Below, one piece after another: positions 38,009-51,626 of a stretch of DNA of 64,000 bases; the first letter of the stretch is position 1; every line of letters starts with the position of its first letter. The notes under the pieces were generated by a model, which was not told the origin of the DNA, made no database searches, and worked only from the letters and a program-made list of their open reading frames with translations. Position numbers and translations under genes: made by a program. The stretch lies in NCBI GenBank assembly GCA_963664435.2, contig CAXXKM010000002.1:480001-544000 (forward strand), written 5' to 3'. The DNA comes from Longimicrobiales bacterium (lineage in GTDB: Bacteria > Gemmatimonadota > Gemmatimonadetes > Longimicrobiales > Gaopeijiaceae).

Positions 38009-40117
38009 ATGACGCGTTGTGCCCTCGCCCTCCTGACTGTTGTCGTACTGGCCGCCGGTTGCGGAGGGTACGCGGAACCCGCACCACCCGCGCCCGCGGG
38101 CCCCGGACAGGCGGATGCCGCCGAGGCGGCGGAGGCTGCGATCCCGGACCGCGAGGCCGCCGCCCCCGATGACCAGGCCGCGACCCCTGACCCGAACCCG
38201 TCCGAACTGGCGGCCCGGGTGGCGACCATCGAGATCGTACCCGCGTCCATCGAGGTACAGCGGGGCGATTCCGTGACCTTCCGCGGCATCCTGCGCGACG
38301 CGGAGGGCAACCAGGTGGAAGGGGCGCTCTGGGGCGTGGGCACGGTCGGCCCCTTCGAGTTGCGGTCGATCAAGGACGAGGTTCCCGACACCTACGTCCT
38401 GCGGGGGACGCAGTACGGAGAGGCGGTGATCGGCGTGTTCCTCGGCCTGGCCGGGCCGTCCGAGGACCAGCCCAACTGGACGCCGGCGGCCGAGATCCCC
38501 GTGAAGGTGAACGACTACCCGGTGGCGCGCATTGACATCGATGCGCCCGACTACGCCAGCTACGCGGGGACGTCCTTCGCGCTGACGGGGCGGGCGATCA
38601 CCACGGCGGGGGAGGAGCACGCCGAGGCGGTGGTGGAGTGGTCGGCGGCGGACGAGGCGGTGGCGACCGTTACGGCCGGCGGCCGGCTGGAGCTGCACGC
38701 GCCCGGGACCGCACGCGTGGTCGGCGAGGCGGGCGGGGTGCGGGCCGAACTCGCCCTGGACGTGGTCCCCAACCCGGTGGAGGGTCTCACGGTGGCGTCG
38801 CCCGAGTCGCGCGTGCGCACCGGCGACGTGGTCCGCCTCGCGGTGGCCGCCATGGACGCTTCCGGGGAGCGGGTGAACGATGTCGCGCTGGCCTACCAGG
38901 TCCAGAGAGAGGACGGCGCCGAGGCCGCCGCCACGGCCTACATGGACGGGGCCTTCGTCGCCGAGGAGCCGGGGCAATACCGCGTCCGCGTGGACGCGGG
39001 CACCGCGGCCGAAACCGTCGACCTGGAGGTCTTCCCGAGGGAGGCCACCCGGGAGGTCACGCTGGTGGGGCAGGGCCCGCTCGGCACCTCGAGTTCGGAC
39101 CTGTGGGTCTTCGAGGGGCTCGACGGGCGCGATTATGCCTATACGGGCACGATGTCCGCGGCCACCATGTACGCCTGGGACGTAACCGACCCCGCCGCGC
39201 CCGCCATCGTCGATTCCCTCCGGGTGGACGGCCGCCGCGTCAACGACGTCAAGATCAACGACGACCGCACCATCGCAATCGTCACCAGCGAAAACGCCTC
39301 CAACCGCCGCAACGGCATCACCCTCATCGACATCACCAACCCGGCCGACCCGGAGACCATCACCCACTACACCGAGGGGCTCACCGGCGGCGTCCACAAC
39401 GTCTGGTTCGTGGGCGACCTGGTCTACGCCATCAACGACGGGACCCTCGACGTCCACATCATCGACATCTCCGACCCCGCCAACCCCTTCGAAGCCGGGC
39501 GCTGGGGACTCGACAAGCCGAACAAGTACCTCCACGACGTGAGCGTGGTCGACGGCATCGCCTATCTCTCCTACTGGAACGACGGCCTGGTCATGCTCGA
39601 CGTGGGCGACGGCCGCTGGGGCGGGACCCCGACCGAGCCGCAGCCGATCTCCTCGTACAGCTACCTCTACGACATCAACGGCGCGCTCTTCGGCAACACG
39701 CACCACGCCATCCGCTACGGCGACTACGTCTTCCTCGGAGACGAGATCTTCGGTTGCCCGGGGTGCGACGGCCCGCGCGGCTACATCCACGTCGTGGACG
39801 TGAGCGACATCGAGAATCCGCGCGAGGTCGCCGAGTACAGGCTGCCCGAGGCCGGCAGCCACAATCTCTGGGTCGAGGATGATCTGCTCTACATCGCCTA
39901 CTACCAGGGCGGGCTGCGGATCGTCGACGTGTCCGGGGAACTGCGCGGGGACCTGCTCGCCCAGGGTCGCGAAGTGGCGTCCTTCATGACCACGCCGGAG
40001 GGCGAGAGCTCGACCATGGCGTGGGGTCCGCAGCCATACAAGGGCAACATCTTCGTCTCCGACATGCGCACCGGGCTCTGGGTGATGAACCTGGCGCCGG
40101 CGCGGGTGATCCCATAG
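38009..40117 (+). CDS. Lipoprotein with Ig-like domains and LVIVD-repeat propeller
   Basis: Lipobox LAAGC; repeated IxDVSDPxxP units; HNVW, HDV and HNLW motifs. Confidence 0.8.
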   Translation: MTRCALALLTVVVLAAGCGGYAEPAPPAPAGPGQADAAEAAEAAIPDREAAAPDDQAATPDPNPSELAARVATIEIVPASIEVQRGDSVTFRGILRDAEGNQVEGALWGVGTVGPFELRSIKDEVPDTYVLRGTQYGEAVIGVFLGLAGPSEDQPNWTPAAEIPVKVNDYPVARIDIDAPDYASYAGTSFALTGRAITTAGEEHAEAVVEWSAADEAVATVTAGGRLELHAPGTARVVGEAGGVRAELALDVVPNPVEGLTVASPESRVRTGDVVRLAVAAMDASGERVNDVALAYQVQREDGAEAAATAYMDGAFVAEEPGQYRVRVDAGTAAETVDLEVFPREATREVTLVGQGPLGTSSSDLWVFEGLDGRDYAYTGTMSAATMYAWDVTDPAAPAIVDSLRVDGRRVNDVKINDDRTIAIVTSENASNRRNGITLIDITNPADPETITHYTEGLTGGVHNVWFVGDLVYAINDGTLDVHIIDISDPANPFEAGRWGLDKPNKYLHDVSVVDGIAYLSYWNDGLVMLDVGDGRWGGTPTEPQPISSYSYLYDINGALFGNTHHAIRYGDYVFLGDEIFGCPGCDGPRGYIHVVDVSDIENPREVAEYRLPEAGSHNLWVEDDLLYIAYYQGGLRIVDVSGELRGDLLAQGREVASFMTTPEGESSTMAWGPQPYKGNIFVSDMRTGLWVMNLAPARVIP

Positions 40118-40148
40118 TCGCTCATTCCCGAACCACAGGAAGGACCCA

Positions 40149-41225
40149 ATGCGCCATCTCCCCGCCCTTCTCCTCTGCCTCGTCGTCTGGACCTGCGCCG
40201 AAGCCCCCGAGGCCGCCCAGGAGCCGGAAGTTTCAGCTGAAACGCCTTTGCCGCCGGGTTCCGTTTACGAGGGCCAGGCCTTCGAGTTCGAGGAAGTGGT
40301 GCCGGATATCTTCCACGCGCGCGGAACCGGCGCGCTCAACGTAGGCTCCCACGGCGCGATGGTGGTCAACGAGGACCACGTGCTCCTCGTCGAGTCGCAT
40401 ATCTCTCCCGCGGCGGCGCGGGCGGCCTACGACGAGGTGATGGAGCTCACCGGCAAGCCTCTGCGCTACGTGGTCAACACCCATTTTCACTTCGATCACG
40501 CGCACGGGAACAGCGCCTACCCGGACGACGTCCATGTCATCGGCCACGAGTTCACGCGCGAGATGATCGAGAACGGGGGCTCGATGGGCCGTTCCTGGGA
40601 GAACTTCGTGGGCGGGGTACCGACCCAGATCGCCGAGCTTGCGGACCAGGTCATGCGCACCGACATCGAGGAGGAGCGTCTCGAACTCGAAGACCAGCTC
40701 GCCTTTCTGGAGAACTACTACGCGAGCCAGGACGGACTCGACCCGGAGAGCCCCAACACGACCCTCTCGGAGCGGATGACGCTGTTCGCGGGCGACCGCG
40801 AGATCCGCATCCTCTTCTTCGGGCGCGGTCACACCGGAGGCGACATCGTGGTCCACCTCCCCGCCGAGCGCGTGCTCATCACCGGGGATCTGCTGCTCCC
40901 CCGGCTTCCCTTCATGGGCGACGGCTATCCCGGGGAGTGGGCCGAGACCCTCGAGCACCTGAAGGGGCTGGAGTTCGACTGGATGCTGCCCGGCCACGGC
41001 GATCCCTTCCAGGACCGCGCGGTCATCGATCATCTGCAGGCCTACCTGCGCGACTTCGAGGAGCGGGCGACGGCGCTGCACGCGCAGGGGCTCTCCTACC
41101 AGGAGGCCGCGGCTCAGATCGACATGACCGACCACGCCGGAAACTACCCGCAGATCACCGGGCCGGGGGTCGCGGAAATCGCGATGCAGCGGATGTTCGA
41201 GCTGCTGGACGGGACCGCGGGGTAG
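40149..41225 (+). CDS. MBL-fold metallo-hydrolase (lipoprotein)
   Basis: NTHFHFDHAHGN, GHTGGD, TGDL, PGHG. Confidence 0.92.
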   Translation: MRHLPALLLCLVVWTCAEAPEAAQEPEVSAETPLPPGSVYEGQAFEFEEVVPDIFHARGTGALNVGSHGAMVVNEDHVLLVESHISPAAARAAYDEVMELTGKPLRYVVNTHFHFDHAHGNSAYPDDVHVIGHEFTREMIENGGSMGRSWENFVGGVPTQIAELADQVMRTDIEEERLELEDQLAFLENYYASQDGLDPESPNTTLSERMTLFAGDREIRILFFGRGHTGGDIVVHLPAERVLITGDLLLPRLPFMGDGYPGEWAETLEHLKGLEFDWMLPGHGDPFQDRAVIDHLQAYLRDFEERATALHAQGLSYQEAAAQIDMTDHAGNYPQITGPGVAEIAMQRMFELLDGTAG

Positions 41226-41276
41226 CCAGCCGGAGAGACCCATCGCCGCCGTGTTGGACGGGAGGTGGGTGCCCGT

Positions 41277-42506
41277 ATGACGCCGAGCCGCCGCGGACCT
41301 CCCCGCTTCTCGCGGAACGCCGTGGTCCGGCTGTGGCTGCACCGCCAGGGACTCGCCCGGTCGCGGGGGACGGTCCCGCTCGACCGGCGCGCATTCGTCG
41401 ACCACCTGGAGCGCACCGGAGCGCTGCAGCTCGACAGCGTGAACGTCGTGGACCGCGCCCATTACCTCACGCTCTGGAGCCGCTTCGGTCCCTACGACCG
41501 GGCGCAGGTGGATCGCTGGGTGTACCGCGAGCGGCTGGCGTACGAGTATTGGGGACACGAGGCTTCGATCCTCCCCATCTCCCACCTCCCGCTGGGCCGG
41601 CGGCGGATGCGCCGCTTCCCTCCCCTGAGCTGGTCCGGCCGCAAGTGGTGGTCCCGATACGCGACCTCGACCGCTTCCAAGCGTCGTGTGCTGCGGCGGA
41701 TGCGCGCCGGAGGGCCGCTGGAAAGCGCCGACTTTGCGCCGCGCCCGGAGGAAGTGGTTGAGAAGACGGATTCTCCAGGGTGGCGGCTGCGCGAGGACAA
41801 GCGATCGCTGAAGCTTCTGTGGCACGACGGTCGCCTCGCTGTGAGCGGCCGGCGCCATTTCCGCTGCATCTACGACATGGCCGAGCGCGTCTACCCCGAG
41901 GGGCCCGCTGCGTCGCTCACGGCGTACCACGACAGCTGGCTCCTCATCGGGCTTTCCGGATGCGGCATCGCTCCGGAACGCCACCTCGTCAACTACTTCA
42001 CCGCGCCGGCACTGAACGCGGCGGAGCGGCGCCGGGTCATCGCCCGCAATCTTCGCAGCAAGCGGATCGTCGAGGTGGAGGTGGAGGGCCTCCCCGGTCC
42101 GTGCTACGCGCTGCCCGAGCACCTCGATGCAGTCGACGCCCTCCCCGAGCCCACCGGAACGACGCTCATCTGTCCCTTCGACTCCCTGCTCTGGCAGCGG
42201 AAGCGCGCCGCCGAACTCCTCGACTTCGGATACACCATCGAGATCTACGTCCCCGCCGCGAAGCGGAAGTACGGCTACTACGTCCTCCCGATTCTCCACG
42301 ACGGCCGCCTCGTAGGCCGCCTCGACCCCAAACTCCACCGCGACCGCGGCGTCCTTGAGGTCCGCTCACTGCACTTCGAACCGGACTTCAGGCAATCGGC
42401 TCGCTTCGAGGCAGGGCTTCACGAATCGCTCGGGGACCTCGCCGACTTCCTGGGCGCTTCCGGCATCCAGGCCAGCGCGGTGAGCCACGATGCGGTCCGG
42501 TTGTGA
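41277..42506 (+). CDS. YcaQ/AlkZ-like crosslink-repair DNA glycosylase (HTH_42)
   Basis: LQLDSVNVV.RAH, YEYWGHEAS, PFDSLLW, EIYVP..KRKYGYY. Confidence 0.88.
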   Translation: MTPSRRGPPRFSRNAVVRLWLHRQGLARSRGTVPLDRRAFVDHLERTGALQLDSVNVVDRAHYLTLWSRFGPYDRAQVDRWVYRERLAYEYWGHEASILPISHLPLGRRRMRRFPPLSWSGRKWWSRYATSTASKRRVLRRMRAGGPLESADFAPRPEEVVEKTDSPGWRLREDKRSLKLLWHDGRLAVSGRRHFRCIYDMAERVYPEGPAASLTAYHDSWLLIGLSGCGIAPERHLVNYFTAPALNAAERRRVIARNLRSKRIVEVEVEGLPGPCYALPEHLDAVDALPEPTGTTLICPFDSLLWQRKRAAELLDFGYTIEIYVPAAKRKYGYYVLPILHDGRLVGRLDPKLHRDRGVLEVRSLHFEPDFRQSARFEAGLHESLGDLADFLGASGIQASAVSHDAVRL

Positions 42507-42548
42507 CTCGCTCGGTGATCTCGCGGCCCGCCTCGTTCTCCGTCCGGC

Positions 42549-43703
42549 CTACAGCGGGATGATTTCAGTCAGGATGTCGCGCCCGCTTACCGCGCGAAAT
42601 CCATCCGCCAGGGGGAACGTGTGCCTTCCCACGTGCACCACGTCGATACGGCTCAATCCGAGGACCTTCCGAGCCGTCCGCATGGACGACGTGACCTTCG
42701 GTGCGTCCGTTCGCTTGAACTCGTATCCGCGCCGCTGGCGGCCGCGAACAACCAGGAGATCGAGTTCCGGTCCACCGTGGACCGACCAGAAGTAGCACTC
42801 GTCCGGCCGCGCTCCGATGCGGCGCATCACCTGCTCCAGGGCAAAGCCCTCCCAACTGGCTCCGACTTTCGGATGCCTCGCCAGGTCGCGGGCGTTCGCA
42901 ATGTCGAGCAGCACGTGGAGCAAGCCGCTGTCGGCGATGTAGGTTTTCGGCGACTTGACGATTCGCCTGGCGACGTTTTCCCGCCAGGGGCGTAGCACCC
43001 GCATGAGGTAGGCGCCCGTCATCCGGTCCAGGTAGCGACGCACCGTCGTGTGCGCCAGCCCGAAGGCGCGGGCGAGCTCCGACCCGTTCCAGGTCTGGCC
43101 GTGGTAGTGGGCCAGCATCGTCCAGAAGTCCTGCAGCAGGACCGGCGGCAACGAGATGCCGAGCCCCGGCAGGTCGCGTCCGGCGAGCGATCGAATGAAA
43201 TCCCTGCGCCACTGCTCGCTCCGTGCGTCGTCCTCCGCGAGCCACGCCCTCGGGAAGCTGCCCCGCAGCCAGAGCTCCCGCCAATTCTCGCCACCGACTT
43301 CGGACAGGTCGAAGCCCGGCAGTTCGTGGTATGCAATGCGCCCGGCGAGCGACTCCGATCCCTGACGCAGCAACTCCGGAGACGCGCTCCCCAGCACGAG
43401 GAAGCGGGCAAGAAGGGGCCTGCGGTCCGCGAGTACGCGAAGGATCGGGAACAAGCCTGGACGTGTCTGAATCTCGTCGATGATGACCAGACCGCGGAGC
43501 GGCTCCAGAGCCAACATGGGCTCGCTCAACCTGGCCAGATCCCGCGAATCCTCCAGATCGAAGCGGGTAACACGCTCCTGCGTGGCTGCGAGTTCCAGCG
43601 CGAGCGTCGTCTTCCCCACCTGCCGCGCACCCAGGAGTGCGACGACGGGATTGTCGCTCAGTTTGCTCGCCAGAGCGGCCAGATGGGCGGGCCTGGGTAT
43701 CAT
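42549..43703 (-). CDS. AAA_14/DUF4143 ATPase
   Basis: GARQVGKT, IDEIQ, ESLAGR, KSPKTY..DSG, GASWEG, ELDLL..EFK. Confidence 0.92.
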   Translation of the reverse strand: MIPRPAHLAALASKLSDNPVVALLGARQVGKTTLALELAATQERVTRFDLEDSRDLARLSEPMLALEPLRGLVIIDEIQTRPGLFPILRVLADRRPLLARFLVLGSASPELLRQGSESLAGRIAYHELPGFDLSEVGGENWRELWLRGSFPRAWLAEDDARSEQWRRDFIRSLAGRDLPGLGISLPPVLLQDFWTMLAHYHGQTWNGSELARAFGLAHTTVRRYLDRMTGAYLMRVLRPWRENVARRIVKSPKTYIADSGLLHVLLDIANARDLARHPKVGASWEGFALEQVMRRIGARPDECYFWSVHGGPELDLLVVRGRQRRGYEFKRTDAPKVTSSMRTARKVLGLSRIDVVHVGRHTFPLADGFRAVSGRDILTEIIPL

Positions 43704-43709
43704 GATATC

Positions 43710-43741
43710 TGAAATATGAACACTGCATGCTCATATTTCAA
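43710..43741 (-). promoter_or_regulatory. Promoter overlapped by a perfect inverted repeat
   Basis: Minus-strand TTGAAA-N17-CATATT; TGAAATATGA-N11-TCATATTTCA. Confidence 0.55.
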
Positions 43742-43748
43742 GAAATGA

Positions 43749-47613
<3,865 letters not shown>

Positions 47614-47616
47614 AAT

Positions 47617-47820
47617 GGTGACCGGGGTCCCATCCGGGTCTGGTCTCCGGGTCCATCCGGGCCTGGTCAACCGGGTGCATCCGGGCCTGGTCACCGGATC
47701 CATCCGGGCTTGGTCACCGGGTCCATCCGGGCCTGGCCGCCGCGTCAATTCCGGGCCTGGTCACCGGGTCCATCCGGGCTTGGTTGCCGGCACGACCCCC
47801 GGCCTGATCACCGGCACCAT
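47617..47820. repeat. Tandem repeat of about 23-24 bp, 8-9 copies
   Basis: Consensus GGTCACCGGGTCCATCCGGGCCT. Confidence 0.85.
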
Positions 47821-47828
47821 GCAGTCCC

Positions 47829-47944
47829 GAATTCACATGACGGAGTCTCGTTCTGCCATTGACAAGGTTTGGCGTCCCCCGACGCAGGGGGACCAGGAGC
47901 GGCCGTCCTGAATTCACATGGCGGAGTCCCATTCTGCCATTGAC
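47829..47944. repeat. Two 35-bp palindromic direct repeats, period 81 bp
   Basis: GAATTCACATGRCGGAGTCYCRTTCTGCCATTGAC at 47829 and 47910 (3 differences). Confidence 0.85.
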
Positions 47945-48111
47945 GGATTCGGAGGTCGCGATTCGGCAGAGTCCGACATTCCGGATTCACCAGCCCGCCA
48001 GAGGCGCTGACGGACGCGCTGACAGCGTTCGCGGACCCATGCCTCTTCCGAAGATCTCCCAACCCCGCTTCGGCCACTACAGGGCATCCTGAGAAGCCGA
48101 TTCGAGGGGCG

Positions 48112-48140
48112 TTATATTTGTACGTAAGTCATGGTACAAT
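48112..48140 (+). promoter_or_regulatory. Promoter and operator of the HNH gene
   Basis: Extended -10 TGGTACAAT; palindrome TTGTAC-N10-GTACAA (48118-48139). Confidence 0.55.
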
Positions 48141-48155
48141 CGCATGTTGGGAGGA

Positions 48156-49937
48156 ATGATGATCGCATCTCCAGACGTTCTCTACGATACGCGCGGGAGG
48201 TCCTCTCCCTGGCCCGCGATGGTGCGCGAACCGACTGGCTCCCGGCCCGCCACCAGGCGCGTGTCCCCGGATGCCCTCTCCGCGCCCGGCGCCGTCACTC
48301 CCCGCGACGATGACCTCGCCCGGCTGGGCGAGCGCATCGCGGAGCTGGCCGCGGGCATCAATGCCGCGGAATCGCGGATGATGGCCCTCCTCGCCGATTT
48401 CGATCGCCGGGGCGGCTGGAAGGACGGCTTCGGCTCCTGCGCGGAGTGGCTCGCCTGGAAGATCGGCATCACGATCGGGCCGGCCCGCGAACGGGTGCGG
48501 GCCGCCCGCGCGCTGGAGAATCTGCCGCAGACCGCCGACGCTCTTCGGGAGGGGACCATCTCCTACGCCAAGGTGCGGGCGCTGACGCGCGTCGCGACGC
48601 CGGCGAGCGAGGCGGAGCTGCTCGAGTTCGCACGCGCCGGCTCGGCCGCGAGGCTGGAGCGGATGGTGCGCATGTGGAAGAAGCTGTCGCGCGATGAGGA
48701 ACTGACCGCCGAGCAGGCCCGGCACCGCAGCCGCACGTTCTCGATGTTCGTGGACGGCGACGGGATGTACGTGGTGAAGGGCCGGCTCGAGCCGGAGGTC
48801 GGAGCGGTGCTGATGCGCGCGGTGGAGGCGGCGTCGGATGCGCTGTTCCGACGCGAGGGCGGGGCCCGAGCCGGAGCAGGAATCGCAACGAGTGTCAGGC
48901 GAGACGCCGGCGATGCGCGCCCGGAGCCGAAGCAGCGGCGGGCGGATGCGGTGGGGCTATTGGCGGAGCGGGCGCTGGCGGCCGGGTTCGGAGATAGCGA
49001 ACTCGGCGACGAGCTGAAGACTCGATCCCACGACGATGGGCCCCGTGACGATGCGCCCCAATCCGAGGACGAGCCGCAGACTCGGTCCCGCGAGGAGTGG
49101 CAGCCCCGATCCCGCACTGAACCGCCCGCCTCCCGCGGCGTCGAATCCGGCACCCGTGCGGAGCGCTACCAGGTGATGGTACATTGCGATGCGGCGACGC
49201 TCGCGGCGGAGGGCGAGCCCGGACGCTCGGATCTGGACGGGATCCGCGTTTCCGCGGAGACGTCGCGGCGCATGGCGTGCGATGCCGCGGTGGTGGCGAT
49301 GGTCCACGCGAAGGATGGCTCGTTGCTGAAGGATAGCTCGCTGCTGAACGTCGGACGCAGGACGCGCACCATTCCTCCGCACATCCGGCGTGCGCTGGAG
49401 GAGCGCGACCGCGGATGCCGCTTCCCCGGGTGCGGGTGCAGGTTCACCGAGGCGCATCACGTGAAGCACTGGGCCGACGGAGGTGAGACGAGCCTCCGGA
49501 ACACACTGTTGCTCTGCCGGCGGCACCATCGCGCCGTTCACGAGGGACAGGTGAAGGTGTCGGTGAACGGCGATGGGACAGTGCTCTTTTTCACGCCCAG
49601 CGGGAAGATGCTGGCGGACGCGCCGCGCAAGCCGACATCGGCGGACACGCTGGGCAAGCCGACATCGGCGACGGCGCCGGGCAGGCCGAGATCCGCGACC
49701 GTGCCGGGCAAGCCAACATCGGCGACCGCGCCAGGGCAGCGAGGCGAAGGGGAAGCACAACCGCCCACGCAGCAGGGGTGGGAGGACTTGCCTCGCGTCC
49801 CATCCGTCCATCCCGGTGCCCCGCCGATGAGCAAGACCGTCGCCCTCTCAAACGGGGCCGCGCTCTACCGCGATTCCGATATCCCGTGGGAGATCGAGGC
49901 CAGGGCGCGCGAAGCTGTGGAGGAGTCTCTGGAATGA
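48156..49937 (+). CDS. DUF222-domain HNH endonuclease
   Basis: GTISYAKV, RRMACDA, RDRGCRFPGC..HHVKHWADGGET..NTLLLCRRHH; GGAGG RBS. Confidence 0.9.
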   Translation: MMIASPDVLYDTRGRSSPWPAMVREPTGSRPATRRVSPDALSAPGAVTPRDDDLARLGERIAELAAGINAAESRMMALLADFDRRGGWKDGFGSCAEWLAWKIGITIGPARERVRAARALENLPQTADALREGTISYAKVRALTRVATPASEAELLEFARAGSAARLERMVRMWKKLSRDEELTAEQARHRSRTFSMFVDGDGMYVVKGRLEPEVGAVLMRAVEAASDALFRREGGARAGAGIATSVRRDAGDARPEPKQRRADAVGLLAERALAAGFGDSELGDELKTRSHDDGPRDDAPQSEDEPQTRSREEWQPRSRTEPPASRGVESGTRAERYQVMVHCDAATLAAEGEPGRSDLDGIRVSAETSRRMACDAAVVAMVHAKDGSLLKDSSLLNVGRRTRTIPPHIRRALEERDRGCRFPGCGCRFTEAHHVKHWADGGETSLRNTLLLCRRHHRAVHEGQVKVSVNGDGTVLFFTPSGKMLADAPRKPTSADTLGKPTSATAPGRPRSATVPGKPTSATAPGQRGEGEAQPPTQQGWEDLPRVPSVHPGAPPMSKTVALSNGAALYRDSDIPWEIEARAREAVEESLE

Positions 49938-50055
49938 CGGGGTCGTCCCCTCCGTAGAGCGTATCGCCCGCGATCGGGCGCACTTCTCCCCGAGATCACC
50001 GGAGGAGCCGGCCTCAGGACTGGCAGCAGACGCCCATCAGAGCTGCGGGAACCAC

Positions 50056-50217
50056 GCGGGAAATGATCGCGTGGACCTCCGCGCCGGAGCGGAAAATGAT
50101 CTCGTGGACACGCGCCGGAGGGGGAGATGATCGCGTGGCCCCCCGCGCCGGAGCGGGAGATGATTGCGTGGCCCCCGCGCCGGAGGGGGAGATGATCGCA
50201 TGCACCTGCGCGCCCAG
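50056..50217. repeat. Tandem repeat of about 32 bp, 5 copies
   Basis: Consensus GSGGGAGATGATCGCGTGGCCCCCGCGCCGGA. Confidence 0.85.
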
Positions 50218-50224
50218 CCGAAAG

Positions 50225-51523
50225 TCACGGACTGTACACGTAAACTACCGGCAGCCTGGACACGTCGGTGACGCTGTTGTCCGTGTGGTGGTAGATGTTC
50301 ATCCGTCCCGTGCCGCAGTCGCCGAAGGCATCGCAGGATATCGTCCCGACCAAGCCGGTCATCGCGGTAGCTCGCACCTGCGCGCGCAACGCCGCCCGGT
50401 CGATGTGCAGTCTGTCGCCCTCCTCCACGGCGACGGACTGAATGGCCGACAGAAGCATGGTGGTCGCGTCATAGGCGTGCGCCCAGTAGGGGGACTGAGG
50501 GAAACCGCCGTGCCTGGCCTCGAACGCGGCGAGAACCTGCTGCCCGCTTCTTCCGGTCCGCTCGTTCACGTTTGAGCCGAAGTCCGATTCCGGGCCGGCG
50601 AAGTAGATCCCCTCCGACTGGGGCGTTTCCAGGAACGCGGAGACCAGCAGCGCGGCGGCCGATATCAGGGTGGTCCCTTCGAGCCCGTCGAAGGCCCGCG
50701 CCTGCGCGGCAAATGCCGATCCTTCCGTCACGAACAGCGGAAAGAAGATGGCATCCGGGCCGGCGGCCGCGAACTCCGCGAGAACGTCCGTCATGTCGGT
50801 GTCGCCCTTGTCGATTTCGGCCCGGGTCGGCACTTCGCCGCCGAGGGCCGAGAACGCATCGGCGAACGCCGCCACCAGGGCGGACGTGTACGGGTCACCG
50901 TCGTGCACGGTGGCCACGCGCCTGAGTTCCAGCTGGTTGTACACGAAGTCCGACAGAGCCCGTGCCTGGTGGAGGTCGTTGGACGACACGCGAAAGTATC
51001 CCGCGTGATGGTCGGCATCCGGTGTGCCGGCCAGGTCCGAGGTGAGCCGCGGCGAGGTGTTGCTGGGCGAAATCATGACCAGACCCGCATCGGTGACGAC
51101 GGGCGATGCGGCCACGGCCGCGGCCGAGCAGTTCGTGCCGATGACGCCCGCCACCTGCGGATCTCCGACGATTCCACCCGCCCCCGCGCGGCCGCCCTCC
51201 GGCGAACAGCTCGTGTCGATCGGCTCCCCCAACTCGACCGGGCGCCCGTGGATGGAGCCCATGTCCTCGGCGGCGAACTCGGCCCCCTGCCGGGACACGG
51301 CGCCAAGCGTCGGCGCAACCGTGACCGAGAGCAACATGCGGAGCCGCACGGCCTCGCCCGCCTCCAGCGTGACCGCGCCCAGCGGGCCGGGCTCGAATTC
51401 AACCGGCGGCTCGACCGGCGGCTCAACCGGAGGTTCGACCGGTGGCTCGGTCGCATCACGGCATCCCGACAGGGCGAGAACCGCTGCCAGCGCCGTACCG
51501 AGTGGAATGATGTGCCTGTGCAT
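50225..51523 (-). CDS. LivJ/LivK-like ABC substrate-binding lipoprotein
   Basis: Lipobox LSGC; (EPPV)n linker; GVIGTNCS, MISPSNTSP, YFRV, HAYDA. Confidence 0.9.
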   Translation of the reverse strand: MHRHIIPLGTALAAVLALSGCRDATEPPVEPPVEPPVEPPVEFEPGPLGAVTLEAGEAVRLRMLLSVTVAPTLGAVSRQGAEFAAEDMGSIHGRPVELGEPIDTSCSPEGGRAGAGGIVGDPQVAGVIGTNCSAAAVAASPVVTDAGLVMISPSNTSPRLTSDLAGTPDADHHAGYFRVSSNDLHQARALSDFVYNQLELRRVATVHDGDPYTSALVAAFADAFSALGGEVPTRAEIDKGDTDMTDVLAEFAAAGPDAIFFPLFVTEGSAFAAQARAFDGLEGTTLISAAALLVSAFLETPQSEGIYFAGPESDFGSNVNERTGRSGQQVLAAFEARHGGFPQSPYWAHAYDATTMLLSAIQSVAVEEGDRLHIDRAALRAQVRATAMTGLVGTISCDAFGDCGTGRMNIYHHTDNSVTDVSRLPVVYVYSP

Positions 51524-51626
51524 GAGAACCGCTCCTCCCTGGTCGTTTCTCGTGACCTGATGTTGGTCGTTTCTCGTGACCTGATCGTTGTCCACCGGCG
51601 CGGACGAGCGGCGCCGGTGCGTGCCG

